DNA of 64,000 nucleotides, from the NCBI GenBank assembly GCA_001179505.1, contig CDMY01000275.1:62001-126000 (forward strand), in the 5' to 3' direction. Under the pieces are notes generated by a model. It was not told the origin of the DNA. It saw only the letters and a program-made list of their open reading frames with translations, and ran no database searches. A program made the translations under genes and the position numbers. Source of the stretch: Vitrella brassicaformis CCMP3155 (taxonomy: Eukaryota > Protista > Chromerida). Positions 35,146 to 47,599 of this stretch are shown here, in pieces; the stretch's first letter is position 1; the number at the start of each line of letters is the position of its first letter.

Positions 35146-38100
35146 ATGTCTTCCAGTGGGCCGACGCAGCCACCCGGCATCGGCCTCGAGGGCAGCCCCT
35201 TTCGCTTCGCCCTCGGCGGCATTGTGGTCTATCACCACGAATGGGAGGCCTCCTTCGAACACGACAACACGTAAACAAACAATACCAGGCTCCTCAGGAA
35301 CCACTGCTCACTGCAACGCGCTGCAATGCCGTTGTGTTGTACGCTGCAGGCCTGCCTTGAAGCTGCCGCATCACCGCTCCTCTCCCTCAGTGTGTCCGAC
35401 GGCGCCGCCGTCAGATTCGTCATCATGCTCACCGGCGTCAACTGGCGGCGCATCGCCCAGTGACAAATCTGACGTCTCAAAGGCGGCCCCTGCAGGACCA
35501 CCACAACCAGCAAACCGCCCTCCTTTGCCGGCGGCCGCCTCTGCAGAGGTTGCCGAGAGAAGGAGACAGAATGATGGCCAAAGGGGCGGCAGTCGCGGCA
35601 AGGGGTGGAGGGCCTCGCACTTGGATGCGATGGGCTTGCCGGTCCTCCCTGGCCCGCCCTCACCCTTGCGACGGACCCCTTACTTCGATGGGCAGACAGA
35701 AAACGGAAAGAAGGTGAGACACCCTACAGCATCCATGCAGAGGGCTCATCCATTGATATGATATGTTCTGTTGTTATGTGTTTGGGATGGATTCATTTAA
35801 GCTCCTCATTCCCCGGGATGCACTGATCTTCAATTCGCGGTTCGAAAGCGGTGTGCAAGCGACAAGACAGAAACAGAGAATGAATGGTGAGTGGAACACC
35901 AACAGTGTATATTCTTTCTGTCTGCAGGGAATTTGTGCATGGCTGTCCGGAGCAATCGTTCGCCGCATCACTACACTCTCGTGCTGCGACACGATGCGAA
36001 TCAGCTCCAAAAGTCGTCGCAATGGTATACACGCGTATGCCTCTCTGCCCGTCTTTGTCACTCCATCTCTTTCCAAAATGTGTGCGTGCCGTTCCGTGAC
36101 TGCTCAGGTTCTACTTTTCTGTGAGTCTGTCGCCCTCGACTTTGGACGCCCTCGAGTCACATCACCCGTCGAGCGTCCCTCTGCATCAAGACTACCGAGG
36201 CCACCGGTTGCCGCTGCCGTCACCTCGTGTGGTGCCTTCTACCAGCTCGTCGCCCGCTACCACACCGAGGAGCGTTGAGGACCCCATGACCTACTCCTTT
36301 CAGGTGGTGAATGGATGGAGGCGACGTGCGCATCTCGGCCCCTCATCCAGCCTGCTGCTCTGCGTTGTTCAGATTATAAATTTCACCAAGGAGGACTCCT
36401 TGTACCAAGGAGGGATGCGCCCATATGTGTATTCGACGATGGAGGCCCACCTGCGGAGCTGCCGGTCCTGCAAGGGGGGCTCTTCAGCCTCGAGGCGCAG
36501 CTGCCCAAACCAACACAGCGACAACGATGGGGCCAAGACGATAGACAACACATTTGATGTGTGGTCAGCCACAGGTGATGACTGATCGGTTTGCTGTCGA
36601 GCCACGCATCCTCTCTGTGCGTCTGCAGCTGTCGACAACGTGTCATACTACCAGAACGAGTTCCCGCGCAATCTGGACCTTGTGACGTCCAAGCGGGTGA
36701 CCGTCAACCTGCCCCCGACGGCCAACGGGTTGGCAGGACTCAACAGCAACCTCACTGGCTACTATTCGACGCTCGAGTTCACCTACACCTTCCAACACCC
36801 ACACGACACTGTCTACTTCGCACACGTACGTGGGAAAGGAACAAGACAAACACAACACGGCGTGGCTGCTGGCTGCCTCTCATATATATCTTGTGGGTCC
36901 ATTCATCGCTCAGTGCTACCCATACACCTACACGTATCTGCGAAGCGTAATCGCCAACATACGGGAGCGGCCGGAATTCCAAAAGGTAGCAAAAAACCAC
37001 TCATACATCCATGTCCCATCTCCTGACCAGTCCGGGCCCGTCGCCTCCCTGCACACGAGCTCCGTGTGTTGTGTGTTGATGGACGCAGATGTGCTCCATC
37101 CAGACGCTGTGCAAGTCAGAGGCGGGTTTTTCTTGCCCCCTGATCACCATCACCAACCCACAACCGCCCCAACCACCGCGGCAGCCCACCGACAGCCAAT
37201 CCAATGATCCGCCAGATTGCCCCCTGACGGCTCCTGAGGACACACAGGAGGGAGATGTCGTCGATCCTGGGAGCCTGACGTCGCGCGTGGTGGATGAGTG
37301 TGTGGTCGACGGAGGGTCCAAGGACGCTATCGTCATCAGCTCTCGAGTGCACCCTGGGGAGTCCAACTCGTCTTGGATACTTCACGGACTGCTCAGGTTC
37401 CTGCTGTCGGACAAAAAGGTGACCGACATGCAGGCAGCTTTGCTGGTAGATGAACACCCAATCGCCACTCACTCTTTGCGGGTGCAGGAGGCTGTTTTGC
37501 TGCGCAACGAGTATCTGTTCAAGATCGTCCCGATGCTCAATGTAGACGGGGTCGTGTACGGACACTACAGGACCTCACTCACAGGTCAGTCAGCAGACGA
37601 CCGCTACTGAGCCAGCCACAGCCACTCGCCCCTTTGCCATGTTGAAAGTGGCTGTCTGTCTGTCTGTCTCCAGGTGATGACTGGAACAGGGTTTGGCAAG
37701 CCCCCCAGCCGGGTCGTCACTCGGCAGTCTATCACCTCAAGGGCCTGCTCCGCAAGTACCACCAGAGGGCCGCGGCAGCCAGCCGACCCGCCCTCTCGTC
37801 CAATGCCCCTCCTGCAGCCCCCGTTGCCCCCTCAGGGCCTGGTGTGCTCGTGTACTGCGATTTCCATGGCCACTCCAAGAAGAAAGACGTATTCATGTAC
37901 GTACAATTGATAACGAGAGAGACACGCACACTCGACAGCCAACGCCGGGCATGGTTCATGTACCATATTTGTGTGGGTTGGCTAACGGGCGACAGGTATG
38001 CCAATTCTGCCAATCAGTCGATCTTCCCGTCCACATCTAAGACTCCGTCCCCCTCCCGCCCCCCCACCCCTCCTCCCCCGCCCGCCGCCACCAGCGGCGA

Positions 38101-39914
38101 TCGCAGCCCACAGGCGGCATCTTCCGGCCCGTCGACACCCCCGCCCCCATCTCGGCTGACGGTGAGGCTGCTGCCAGACCTCATGGCCAACAGATGTCCC
38201 GTGTTTTCCATCGCAAGTGAGTCAGTTCGCAGACCGACAGGAAATGCATCGACTGAATCGACTGAATATGGATTGATGTGTGTGTGTGCAGATTGCACGT
38301 TTCGCATCGAGAAGCAGAAAGAGGGGTCAGGCCGGGTGGTTGTCGGCCAGCAGCTCAACATACCTTGTAGCTACACTCTCGGTGAGCCGAGCCAGCTACC
38401 CAACCCACCGTCCTTCTTTCCTTCCGGATATCACGAGGGTCCACCTTTTGTCTGTCCTGCGCTGCAGAGGCTTCCTTGTATGGGAGTGTCCGTGACTGGG
38501 AAGGCCGTGAGACGTCTGACTCACTGCTACAGCACTTCTCTGTCGATGACCTGCAAAGAATCGGTACGCGCGGCCAGGGCAAACACAGAACGCACGCGGC
38601 GCGACACGCTCTCGTATCCTCTCCGCCGCCTTTGCACGCAAAGCAGGTTGTGACTTTGGCTACGCTCTGTATGACTTCATGATGCGCAGCAAAGGGGAAG
38701 GCCAGCAAAGTGGCGCCGTGACGCCACAGCCCCCCCAAATGGTCCGCACGCAGGACGCCACCAGACCTTCCGAGTCATCTAGCCCCAAAGAATCCAGCAA
38801 CAGTGACAACGCCGCTGGGGCGGCAGGCCCGTCCGACAGCTCCTCGAGCGCTTCCCAAGGCCCGCCTTGCCCGTCTCTGGCCACAAGGCATGCTCATCCT
38901 TATTTCTTGTCGCCCGCCCCCACACAGCCGCACTGGAGGGCCGCGAATGGCGTATCGGCCCATCTGCTACTCGCGGCACGAGAGGACTCACGGCCAAGGA
39001 AGACCGCTCTCTCTCTGCTTCGCAGGGCCGGAACAGACGACCTCAACGGAGCCAGTGAGGCCAGGAAGCAGCCAGGGGTGTCGCCTGCCTTGGCGCGTGT
39101 GCTGGCTGCCAATGCGAAGATTGAAGACACTCGAAAGACGTCCCCGCGCGTAGGAATTGAGGACCGGCTGGCGCCCATTCGCAGCCTCGACGAGGTGTCC
39201 TCCGGTGACAGCCCCAAGCAGAGGAGCGGGTTGATGCAGCTGACACGACGCGCTGTCAACGAAGGGCCCGTGCCGCCAGACGGCTTCTCATTCGAGACAC
39301 CCGTGAGGCCAAAGGAGAACCTTCGCCGTGGCAATGGGCTATCAGCCTCGCGGCCGAAGTGGACGTCCGTCAAGTCTGACGAGCTCCCATCTGCTACTGG
39401 TCTTTCGACCACCAGCGGCACCAAGCGGCCTCCGAGCAGTGGCGGTCCTCCCTATCGCTTCCGCCCTCGCCAGTTGGGTAAGCTCGCTGCAGGCCCTTCC
39501 ATTCTGCTGGACCTGCAGCGAGACAAGAGCATGGCGAGTGACGACGACGTGCTGATGACGGGCGATCTGCTGGATTCCCCCCGCGGGCGGAAGCAGCACT
39601 CGAGCCTCCGGTGGGGCAGGCTCCAGATGAAGGCCGCCAAAAGGCAAGGAGGCGCTGCCGGCAGGAGGGAGGAAGGCGGCATCACTGCACAATACGGGGC
39701 TGACACGATGTCTTCACGGAGGAGACACCATTACGGCAGAGAAGAGTCGTCCCCGTCTTGCGGCTATCGGGGAGAGCAGCACGCGCAGAGAAGCTACTCG
39801 TTGAACGACCGGCGGAAGCGATCGACACAGGACGGCGGCGAAAGCTTTTCGCGCACCCTTGGGAGGAAGGGGAACTCTCTTGGCTTTGCCGGACAGGTCC
39901 TTATGCACGGCTGA
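35146..39914 (+). CDS. Cytosolic carboxypeptidase (M14D, Nna1/CCP tubulin-deglutamylase-like) with long disordered C-terminus
   Basis: FNSRFESGNL, YPYTY, SRVHPGESNSSW, FKIVPMLNVDGV, DWNR, CDFHGHS and spliced SYTLEAS. Zinc ligands and the catalytic Glu are present. Confidence 0.93.
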
Positions 39915-40093
39915 GCTGATTGATCGCTGGATGAGATGCCTGGACAGCACAGGTCCCTCCCTGAGACAAGACGGTTTGCCTGCTTCTAGACCATGTACGT
40001 ATTGATCGATCGATTAGGGCCGATGTGTGTACTGACAGCTGTAACATTAATTTTCGTCCCTCGTCCTTCTACATCGATCGATTCTTCGATGAC

Positions 40094-41067
40094 TCAGCAT
40101 GAACGGACCTTCTGTGCCTGCTTTCCCCGCACAATCCCCTGTCTGTACTCGGTCGTGTGGCTGAGAGACACGCTTGTCTCATCCACTGTCCTTGCCCTCG
40201 TCAAAAAGACTTCAGTGGGTGTTGTTGATAGTTGTGGGACGCGGTTGACGTGAAACCGCGTCCAATCCTCTGCACAATGTGACGCAGCTCGATGAACGAG
40301 CGATTCCACGTATGCCCCCACGTAGGCCTCGAAAGCACCCTCTCCCGTGTAAGAGGGCCTCGCATCGCCCTCAGCCACCGTCTCACTTCCCTGGTTCGCC
40401 GTGTAGAGCGGTCTCGGGGCGCTTTGTTGGTCTCGGGATGCCTGGGCAGGCGACGTCATGGAAGACCCGTTGTTGGTTTGTGTGTGTCTGTCCAGCGTGT
40501 CGGCCTCACGTCGGCTTGCACAGATGCTTCATGCACACCTCCAGCTGAACCGCTGACCACCAATGGGTTGACTGGAACCTGTGCCTCGGGCCCAGGTCGT
40601 GGCGGCAGCTGTTGTGTCTCGCTCCACTCGCTGGAGACAGAGACAGAGGGCTCAGGCGAGGGGCCGGCCTTGCGCGTCGTTGGACGCCCCACCGGTCCGC
40701 TGACGGCCTTAACTATCTGTCTCAGGCTGAGGGCAAGAGCAGCAGGCACCTCAGCCTCATGTGGTTCAGGGAGCGGGCGCAAGAAGCAGAGAGTCCCAGG
40801 GGCAGCGTGGACTACGGTACGCGGCGCCTCCTCGTAGAATGAGCCGTCTCTCAGGTCCTGGAAGGTCAGATTGAGCGGGATGTATGTGTTCATGGGGGGA
40901 AGTTTTGAGGCAGAAGGCCCCGTTTGGATCCTGGCATCAACACAACGCGATCGACACGGCCAGGGACTCCCACGTCTCTCTGATGTCTCATCAAGGAGTG
41001 AGAACACACTATATGCAATGATGGTAACGGCCATTAGTCCCCTAGCTGCGTCCTTCCGTCCGTCCAT
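40094..41067 (-). CDS. Possible hypothetical protein (two ORFs, junction unresolved)
   Basis: ORFs 40456-41067 and 40094-40459 look coding, but I found no clean phase-compatible intron and no domain. Confidence 0.3.
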
Positions 41068-42309
41068 CCATCCGAGTCGCTAAATGGCCTCATGCACTCA
41101 CTCCTCTCTTCACACATCCTTCACTAACACAAGCGCCTGTTACAATCCATCGATGCGGATGCGGCCGTCGCCAAAAAGTCCCTCCCACCACACGGAGGCA
41201 GGCAGCGCACACTCTCGTTTGCTCGCTCGCTCGCTCATTCACTCATAAAGCCCAGAGAGACAGAGAGACCGAGGCAGTCATTGATTGAGGTCAGCTGGGG
41301 AAGGGGAGACAAGAGAGGGAGGTAGCTTGTCAGCTTGTCATGGTTGGCATATATGCGTCGCATATGGACGCACATGGACCGACCAATCATTCCACACATG
41401 GAGGAAGGGATGGTCAATCGATGGATGGGATGCGTCGGACCGGTGGAGGCATCATGTATTGTATTTGTGTGGAAGTGGGGTGGACGGATGGACGGACGGG
41501 CTGACGCTACGCATGGATGAAGCGCCACACAAAAAATAAATAGCCCAGGGGTCACGTCACCAAAAAGTGTTCATATACTCTGTATATATATATAGTGGGG
41601 AGGGATGGATGGAAAAAACGATCAGACAGCCACCTGCCTCCCTCCCTCTCCCCCGTCTCTCGCACGAGCAAGCAAGCATGGGAGGGCGGGCCGCGTGTAT
41701 GCATCAGGCAGCAGCCACCACCGAGGCGAGGCAGTGTCCAATCGCCCACCGAAACATGATCTGATCAATCAACCAATGGTGGTGATCCGAAATTACGCAC
41801 AGCCAGGCAGACAGCTGACAGGCGTGCAGACGACATAAAACGCCCCAACATCAATCAAGAGGTCATCCGAATAAAGCAGCATCCCGTCCTCTAGGCATCC
41901 CGGACCCCTTCATGTGTCTGATTCACCCCCTGCCTCTCTGTGTGTCCAACCCTGACAGCGGCATGCAGCAGCCGGCCTGAGACGAGCTTCGCGCCTCCAT
42001 GGAGGCTGCGGTGGATGCACACGTGTCAATGGGCTGAAGACCATGGGTGGGTGGGTGGATGGATGGATGGATGTCCACTGCACGGACACACGGTCCGCCG
42101 CTTAGTCTTTCAAAAGTAGATAGATATGCCACAAACAGCACAATCAATCAACACAAAGAGACAAGCGGGCAGACAGAGCCAACGAACAAAAACAAATCCC
42201 CCAGACAGACAAAAGAAAGCAGTACCCATCCCATCCCGCCAGCAAGAAAAGCCTTGCTCGTATACACGCCCATACGGATGTGCAGTGCACCCCTCCGTAT
42301 GTATATCTA

Positions 42310-44796
42310 TCATGATGCGCCGGGTGCGCCCATGAGCTTGGCGACCCTCTTCTGCAGCCGCCCCCTATAGGGTAGCTGGATCGGCGTCCTGTTCTCGGGG
42401 AAGTCGAAGTCGATCGTGTCAATGTCCCAGTCACGACCAAACAGCAGCTTCGCGTCCCAATCCACACCTACACCACCCGGCGGCTCACCCACCCTGATGC
42501 GCACGTCGCCGTCATCGCCGGGGGACGAGATGACCGATGCGGCCTCCAGTATCGCATCTGCGTCGAGGTGCGCAAACCGTGAGTCCACTGCTGCAGCTGC
42601 GTCGCTGGTGGGGGGGTGGAGGTGGACAGGGAGAGGGAGGGGGAGGGGGAGGGGGGCTGCAGCTGCAGCAGCAGGTGCTGCTGGTGGCGCCGTGTTGAGA
42701 ATGTGGCCGTCCCCGTTGTCACCTTGGGCATGTTGGTCTTGATCGTAGCCGTCTGCCGCTTGCGCATCCAAGTCTGGCTGTGCCGCCTCATCATGCCCTC
42801 CCGCTTCTGGTGGATCTGTCCCTGCTGTCCGCAATGCGCTGCTGTGTGGGTATGGCGAGTGGTGCAGCCACTCGGCCGTCGATGCCAGCGTGAATGTCAT
42901 CAGGATCTCGGATAACGAACACATCGCGAGGCACACTGCATCGAGCACACACCACATTGAGGCGTTCGTTTGTCTGTGCAGCACGTGTGTGTGTGTATGT
43001 GTGTGTATGTGTGTGTGTGGCTGCTTACCAGCGACGAGGGTGAATATTGCGATTGCGATAGAGGTGGCGCCCTGGCGCGCCACGACACCATAGCAGAGGA
43101 AGCCCGTAAGGTAGGTGGCGACCAACGCCACCATTGCGATCGCCACCGAACGATTCCGAACCCAGGTTTCCTTACCCTGCCACACAACACAACGTGTGTG
43201 TCCGTGACTCGACTCCCACACTGACTGACTGACTGACTGACCATTCTGCACATTTCGGCCCTAAACTCCCAGCAAGTCCGCGGCCAGAGCCAGAAAAAGA
43301 ACACAAACGGGTTAAAGCCCCCGTACACCAGCATCAACGTGGACCTGAACACACAGGCACACACAACACAACACAACACAACACAGCACAACACAGCACA
43401 TGCAGCCATGCACGGACGCATGAAGGCCTGTCTCTGTGCGTGCTGCGATTACCAGTAAAACGGAAACGCATCCAACGGCTCAGAAAACTGACATACATAC
43501 ATCACACCCGCCCTCTTTCTCCATCTCATCTCCTCTCCCCGCCCCCTCTGTGTGTGTGGTCGGGTCGGTGCGTACCCTACCCTACCCGTGCACATTTGGA
43601 CGCCTGTGGGTTGCGATTGGCGAAAGTGAAGCACACATGTGACGCGTACGCCACCAGCGCGCTGACGATGCCCAGCCCGAAAACCAGCCCGCTGGCCGGC
43701 CACAGCCACCCCATCGTCGCCAGCACGCCAAACACCAGCTGCAGCGTCGACGTCACCCACCTGCTGAGCGGACGACGCAGGAACCCACCACCGGCCACCG
43801 ACGTGGTCGTCTTGTTGGTGTGCTTCCACGGCCTGTTGCCAAGTCGGTAGTGCAGGCGGGCCCAGCGGATGAGCGTGAAGGCGAGCAGCAGGATGTTGGC
43901 TGCAGCCATGCCTGTCAGGATGATCAGCAGGACCATCGTCCACACGTCATGGTGGGGCGAAAATAACCTGAGGATCGATGAGCGTAACCATACACAAGCA
44001 GGCGCAGAGAACGGGATTCACCGTCTGTCTGTCTGTTTGGTTTGCGGGCGGATTGGGTGTTGGCTGGCTACCTTGCGAGCAGTAGGACGAATGGTACGAT
44101 GATGTTGGTGGCCATTCGTGTGGTGAAGGTGAAGCAGCACAGCTCCAGCGTCACGAACAGCGCCTTCATCTCCATGATGCGATAGTAACGAACACGACGG
44201 CCCCACTCTACACACACACAATACACAGCACACAGCACACAACACACACACACAGGTGAGTGACCCAAGGTAGGCAGGCAGGCAGGGAGGCCAGGTGTGT
44301 GGAGCTGAGCTCAGGTCGGCGGCTGACCCTTGACGATGTGGTGCCACTTGACGGGCATCTTTTCGTCCCCGTCGAGCTGGTGCAGGAACCGGTTGAAGTC
44401 CATGCTGCACTGCGACAGGCTCAGCACGTCCCGTGACGTCAGATGCTGCAGCAACACCAGACCCACACCCTCCATCCGACACAGCTGCGTCAGCGGCTGA
44501 GACCCGCTGCTGCCGCCGCTCCCCTCGTCCCGCATCATGTCGGCAAATGAGGTACTACTGCGCATCACAATGGACGAGGGGACATCAGTGGAGGGACAGC
44601 TGGAGGCGGTCCGTCTCAGCCCGACCCAGCGCCACCACGAGCGGGTGTTCCTCTTCATCGCCCCGACGCATTGGTTGGCCTGCCGGTCCAGCCACAGCTC
44701 CTTACCGATGATTTCGGGAGGGGGAGAAGACGCGTCCTCAGACGATGCATACTCATTCTTTCTAGCAGAACACCGGGGCACCCCGAAGAGCTTCAT
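42310..44796 (-). CDS. F-box-like motif fused to a multi-pass (about 6-8 TM) membrane domain; 6 exons
   Basis: LTQLCRMEGVGLVLLQHLTSRDVLSLSQCSMDFNRFL, then hydrophobic exons that join in phase at GT-AG sites. Start uncertain. Confidence 0.65.
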
Positions 44797-44994
44797 GTCT
44801 GTAGCCCGATGCACACATACAATCTTGCCGTTCTCTGCGTCCCAGATCCAGATCCGCACTGCGAGCTTGAAACACTCGAGTCTACGCTGGACAAGGGGAG
44901 TGGCGGCAGCAGCGGCTCAGCCCTTCCTACTCGCTTACCCCTCTTAATCCTCAGGCGCCTCGGCGCCTCTTGAGCGGATGAGGATCTAGTGGTC

Positions 44995-47526
44995 ATGTTC
45001 CGTCCCTCCTCTGACCCGCAGAGCATGCCGCCCTTCCCACCCGACAGCCGCATCTCTGGCCAGCCACACTCGGAGCTACAGGACGGAGGCGACAGGGGGA
45101 GGGCAGCCGCACCACCTCCCGACCCGTGGCTGCTGGGCGACTTCGAGAGGAGGGCGTCGAGCGCGTCTGGAGTGCCGGGCCTGGGAGGTGACATGAGGCC
45201 ATCGCAGCTGGGGCTCGTGACGGCTGGCGAGTCGAACTCGTCGCCTATGGGGTCGGCATCGCACCACGAGCGCCTAACGCTCGTCAAGCAGAGGCTCATG
45301 AGCATTCTCGACGTGCCTGTCGGTAAGCCGCCCTTGATTGAGTCTTCCTTCACACGTCTACTTGTCAGTCACTGAGGTGTGTGCGTATCGTTCGTATGGC
45401 TGACCATGTCATGTGTGCCTTGCATTGCAGCAGCAGTCAAAGGTATACCTATCGGCAACCTGAAGCGGCTCCATCGTGAGATCTACAAGGAGGAGCTGGA
45501 CGAGAAGATGCTGGGCTACGAAAAGTTTAGTTCGTTCCTCGAAGACGTGTCGGACATACTCGTGGTGAGTCAGTGAGTGAGCCGCGGCGCCTTCGTCACT
45601 CACTCAGTGAGTGAGTGAGCCGCGGCGCCTTCGTCACTCATTCACTCACTCATTGACAGGCGGGAACGCTGATGGAAGGTGGCTGTGGTGTCTGCGGGTG
45701 TCATCAGGTTGTGCGTGACGATGAGCGGGGCAACATCAGGGTCTTTCCCAAGCCCAGCCAGATACCCACAATCAGCTCCGAGACAAGAGGTGCGTGAGGC
45801 GACAGACAGACAGGACAAGGCCGGCGCGCCACACGCCGGATTGCTTTGTATGTATGTATGTGTTGTTACGTTACTTACAGGAGGCAGATTGTCGTGGAAT
45901 GAGCTGAAGAAGGCGATAGTCCGTTTGATCCACGAGCACGCCGACCCAACTACAGGCCTGCTCTGCTCCCAGCTCAAGCCGCTCATCAGTACGCAGAGCG
46001 GCCGAACGCACTCAATCGTTCCCTCCCTCCCTCCCGTGTGTTGTGTTCCTTCCGCAGAGACCCATGTCGACCCCTTCTTCCACGAGCGCTCATTTGGTTT
46101 CCGTCGCTTCAGCCAGCTGATACGGTCGATCGATGAGATCGACGTGGTGTGGGGAGCCAGTGAGGATGTGCGGGTGCGGCCTCTGAGGCCTGGCTTCCCT
46201 TCGCACCGGCTGCCCCAAGAGCGATCCGACCACTCGCCATACGAGGCGTCAATGGCGTCGGTGAGCGACTCACCCCCCTACCTCGCGTCGCTGCCGTCCT
46301 CCCAGTCGCCCCCTCGCAAGGACAACCTGACTGGCCAGGCGGAGTCGATGAATCGATCGACCTGTTGCAGCTCGTCCGAGATCTCCCGTGCAGCCTCGGC
46401 GGGGGCGCTGTGTCCGCCGCCGGTGCAGGAGGGCGGCGAGCCGACATCTTATCAGCTGGAGAGGATGAGCCACAGAGGGGCGCTGACCAGGTCGGCCTAC
46501 TCGATGGACGTCCAGAGTTGTCGCTCGGAGGACAAGACGGCGAGGAGTCACCCACTGGCACAGATCCACCAGGCACACTCAGTGCCTTCGTCTCTGCATT
46601 CGGGTGCGAATCCCTCGCCGTCGTCTTCTTTCATGAGCGCATCGTCGGCCCGGCCGCCACCCCTCCATCCCCATCGCGATGCCTCCCCGCCTTTTGTGCC
46701 ACCACGGCAGCAGCAGATGGCGCAGGCGCCCTACCCCCCACCGCCCCCCAGGCACACGCCAAGCAGCGCCCTGCAGAACCAGCGGCACTTCAGCCCCTCG
46801 CCCCCTTCGTCGGCCAGATCGCACGGAGTGGGCAATGGCAACGGCAATGGGTACTATCAAACGCGATCGGGTGAGGGTCAAGTGTCGCCGCGGGAGGGAA
46901 AGCCACAGGTGCGGCCGGCGTCCGGACCACAGGACCATGGCGTGATGGACGTGCTGCAGGTAGGCATCCACACGCACCCATGAGATGAGCCACACGGACC
47001 CGTCACCACCGTCCATCCCTCCCTCCCTCCATTTCTCTCTGTCTGTCTGTCTGTCTGTCTGACGTGTGTGTGACATCACATGTGTGTGTTTCAGCGAGTG
47101 TGCAGCCGGTTGAGGCAGGTGGAAGAGCAGGTGTCCCGGCAGTGGGATTGCATCCAGGTGCTGCAGTCGGACAACCTTCGCTTGCAGCGGTGTCTGCAGG
47201 CGGCCATCGCCCACCCCCCTCCCCCCTCCCCTCCATCGCGCCCCCCGCCGCGTGCAGCACGGCCAACCGCCGCTCCCCCTCCTCCTGGCTACTCTGCCAC
47301 CCAGGCTCCTCCAGCGGCCAGGGAAACCTCCGACGGCAACCTCGAGAGCCTGTTTGACTTCGACGAGACCTTTCACCTGAGGGGGCTTGGCTTGGACGGC
47401 AGCGCCGAGGAGACAGCAATTGCACACCAGGCGGCGGGACCGGAGCTGTCCGAAGGGTCGGCCGGTGATGTCGTCAGCACGATGGCGGCGTTGCCGCTGT
47501 CCCGTCAGCAGAGCGGCTTCGATTGA
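44995..47526 (+). CDS. Tandem OST-HTH/LOTUS domain protein with disordered region and short coiled coil
   Basis: GIPIGNLKRLHREIYKEELDEKMLGYEKFSSFLEDVSDIL and GLLCSQLKPLI…DPFFHERSFGFRRFSQLIRSI fit the LOTUS pattern (GY/GF-x2-F/L-x2-F/L-L/I). Confidence 0.8.
45565..45659 (+). repeat. 95-nt intron made of a tandem duplicated hairpin unit
   Basis: Two copies of gtgagtgagccgcggcgccttcgtcactca. TGAGTGA and TCACTCA are reverse complements, and GCCGCGGC is a palindrome. Confidence 0.85.
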
Positions 47527-47599
47527 TAGACGAGGGCGAGCCAAGACAGCTCGAGGGCGGCGACTGACTGGCTGGGTCGGTCTTTCTGGCGTGAGGCGG

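Noticed and set aside
37540-37700. CCP motifs GHYR and DWNR differ from the usual GNYR and DLNR
   Set aside because: The functional Arg, Asn-Arg, zinc ligands and catalytic Glu are all retained, so this is probably ordinary variation.
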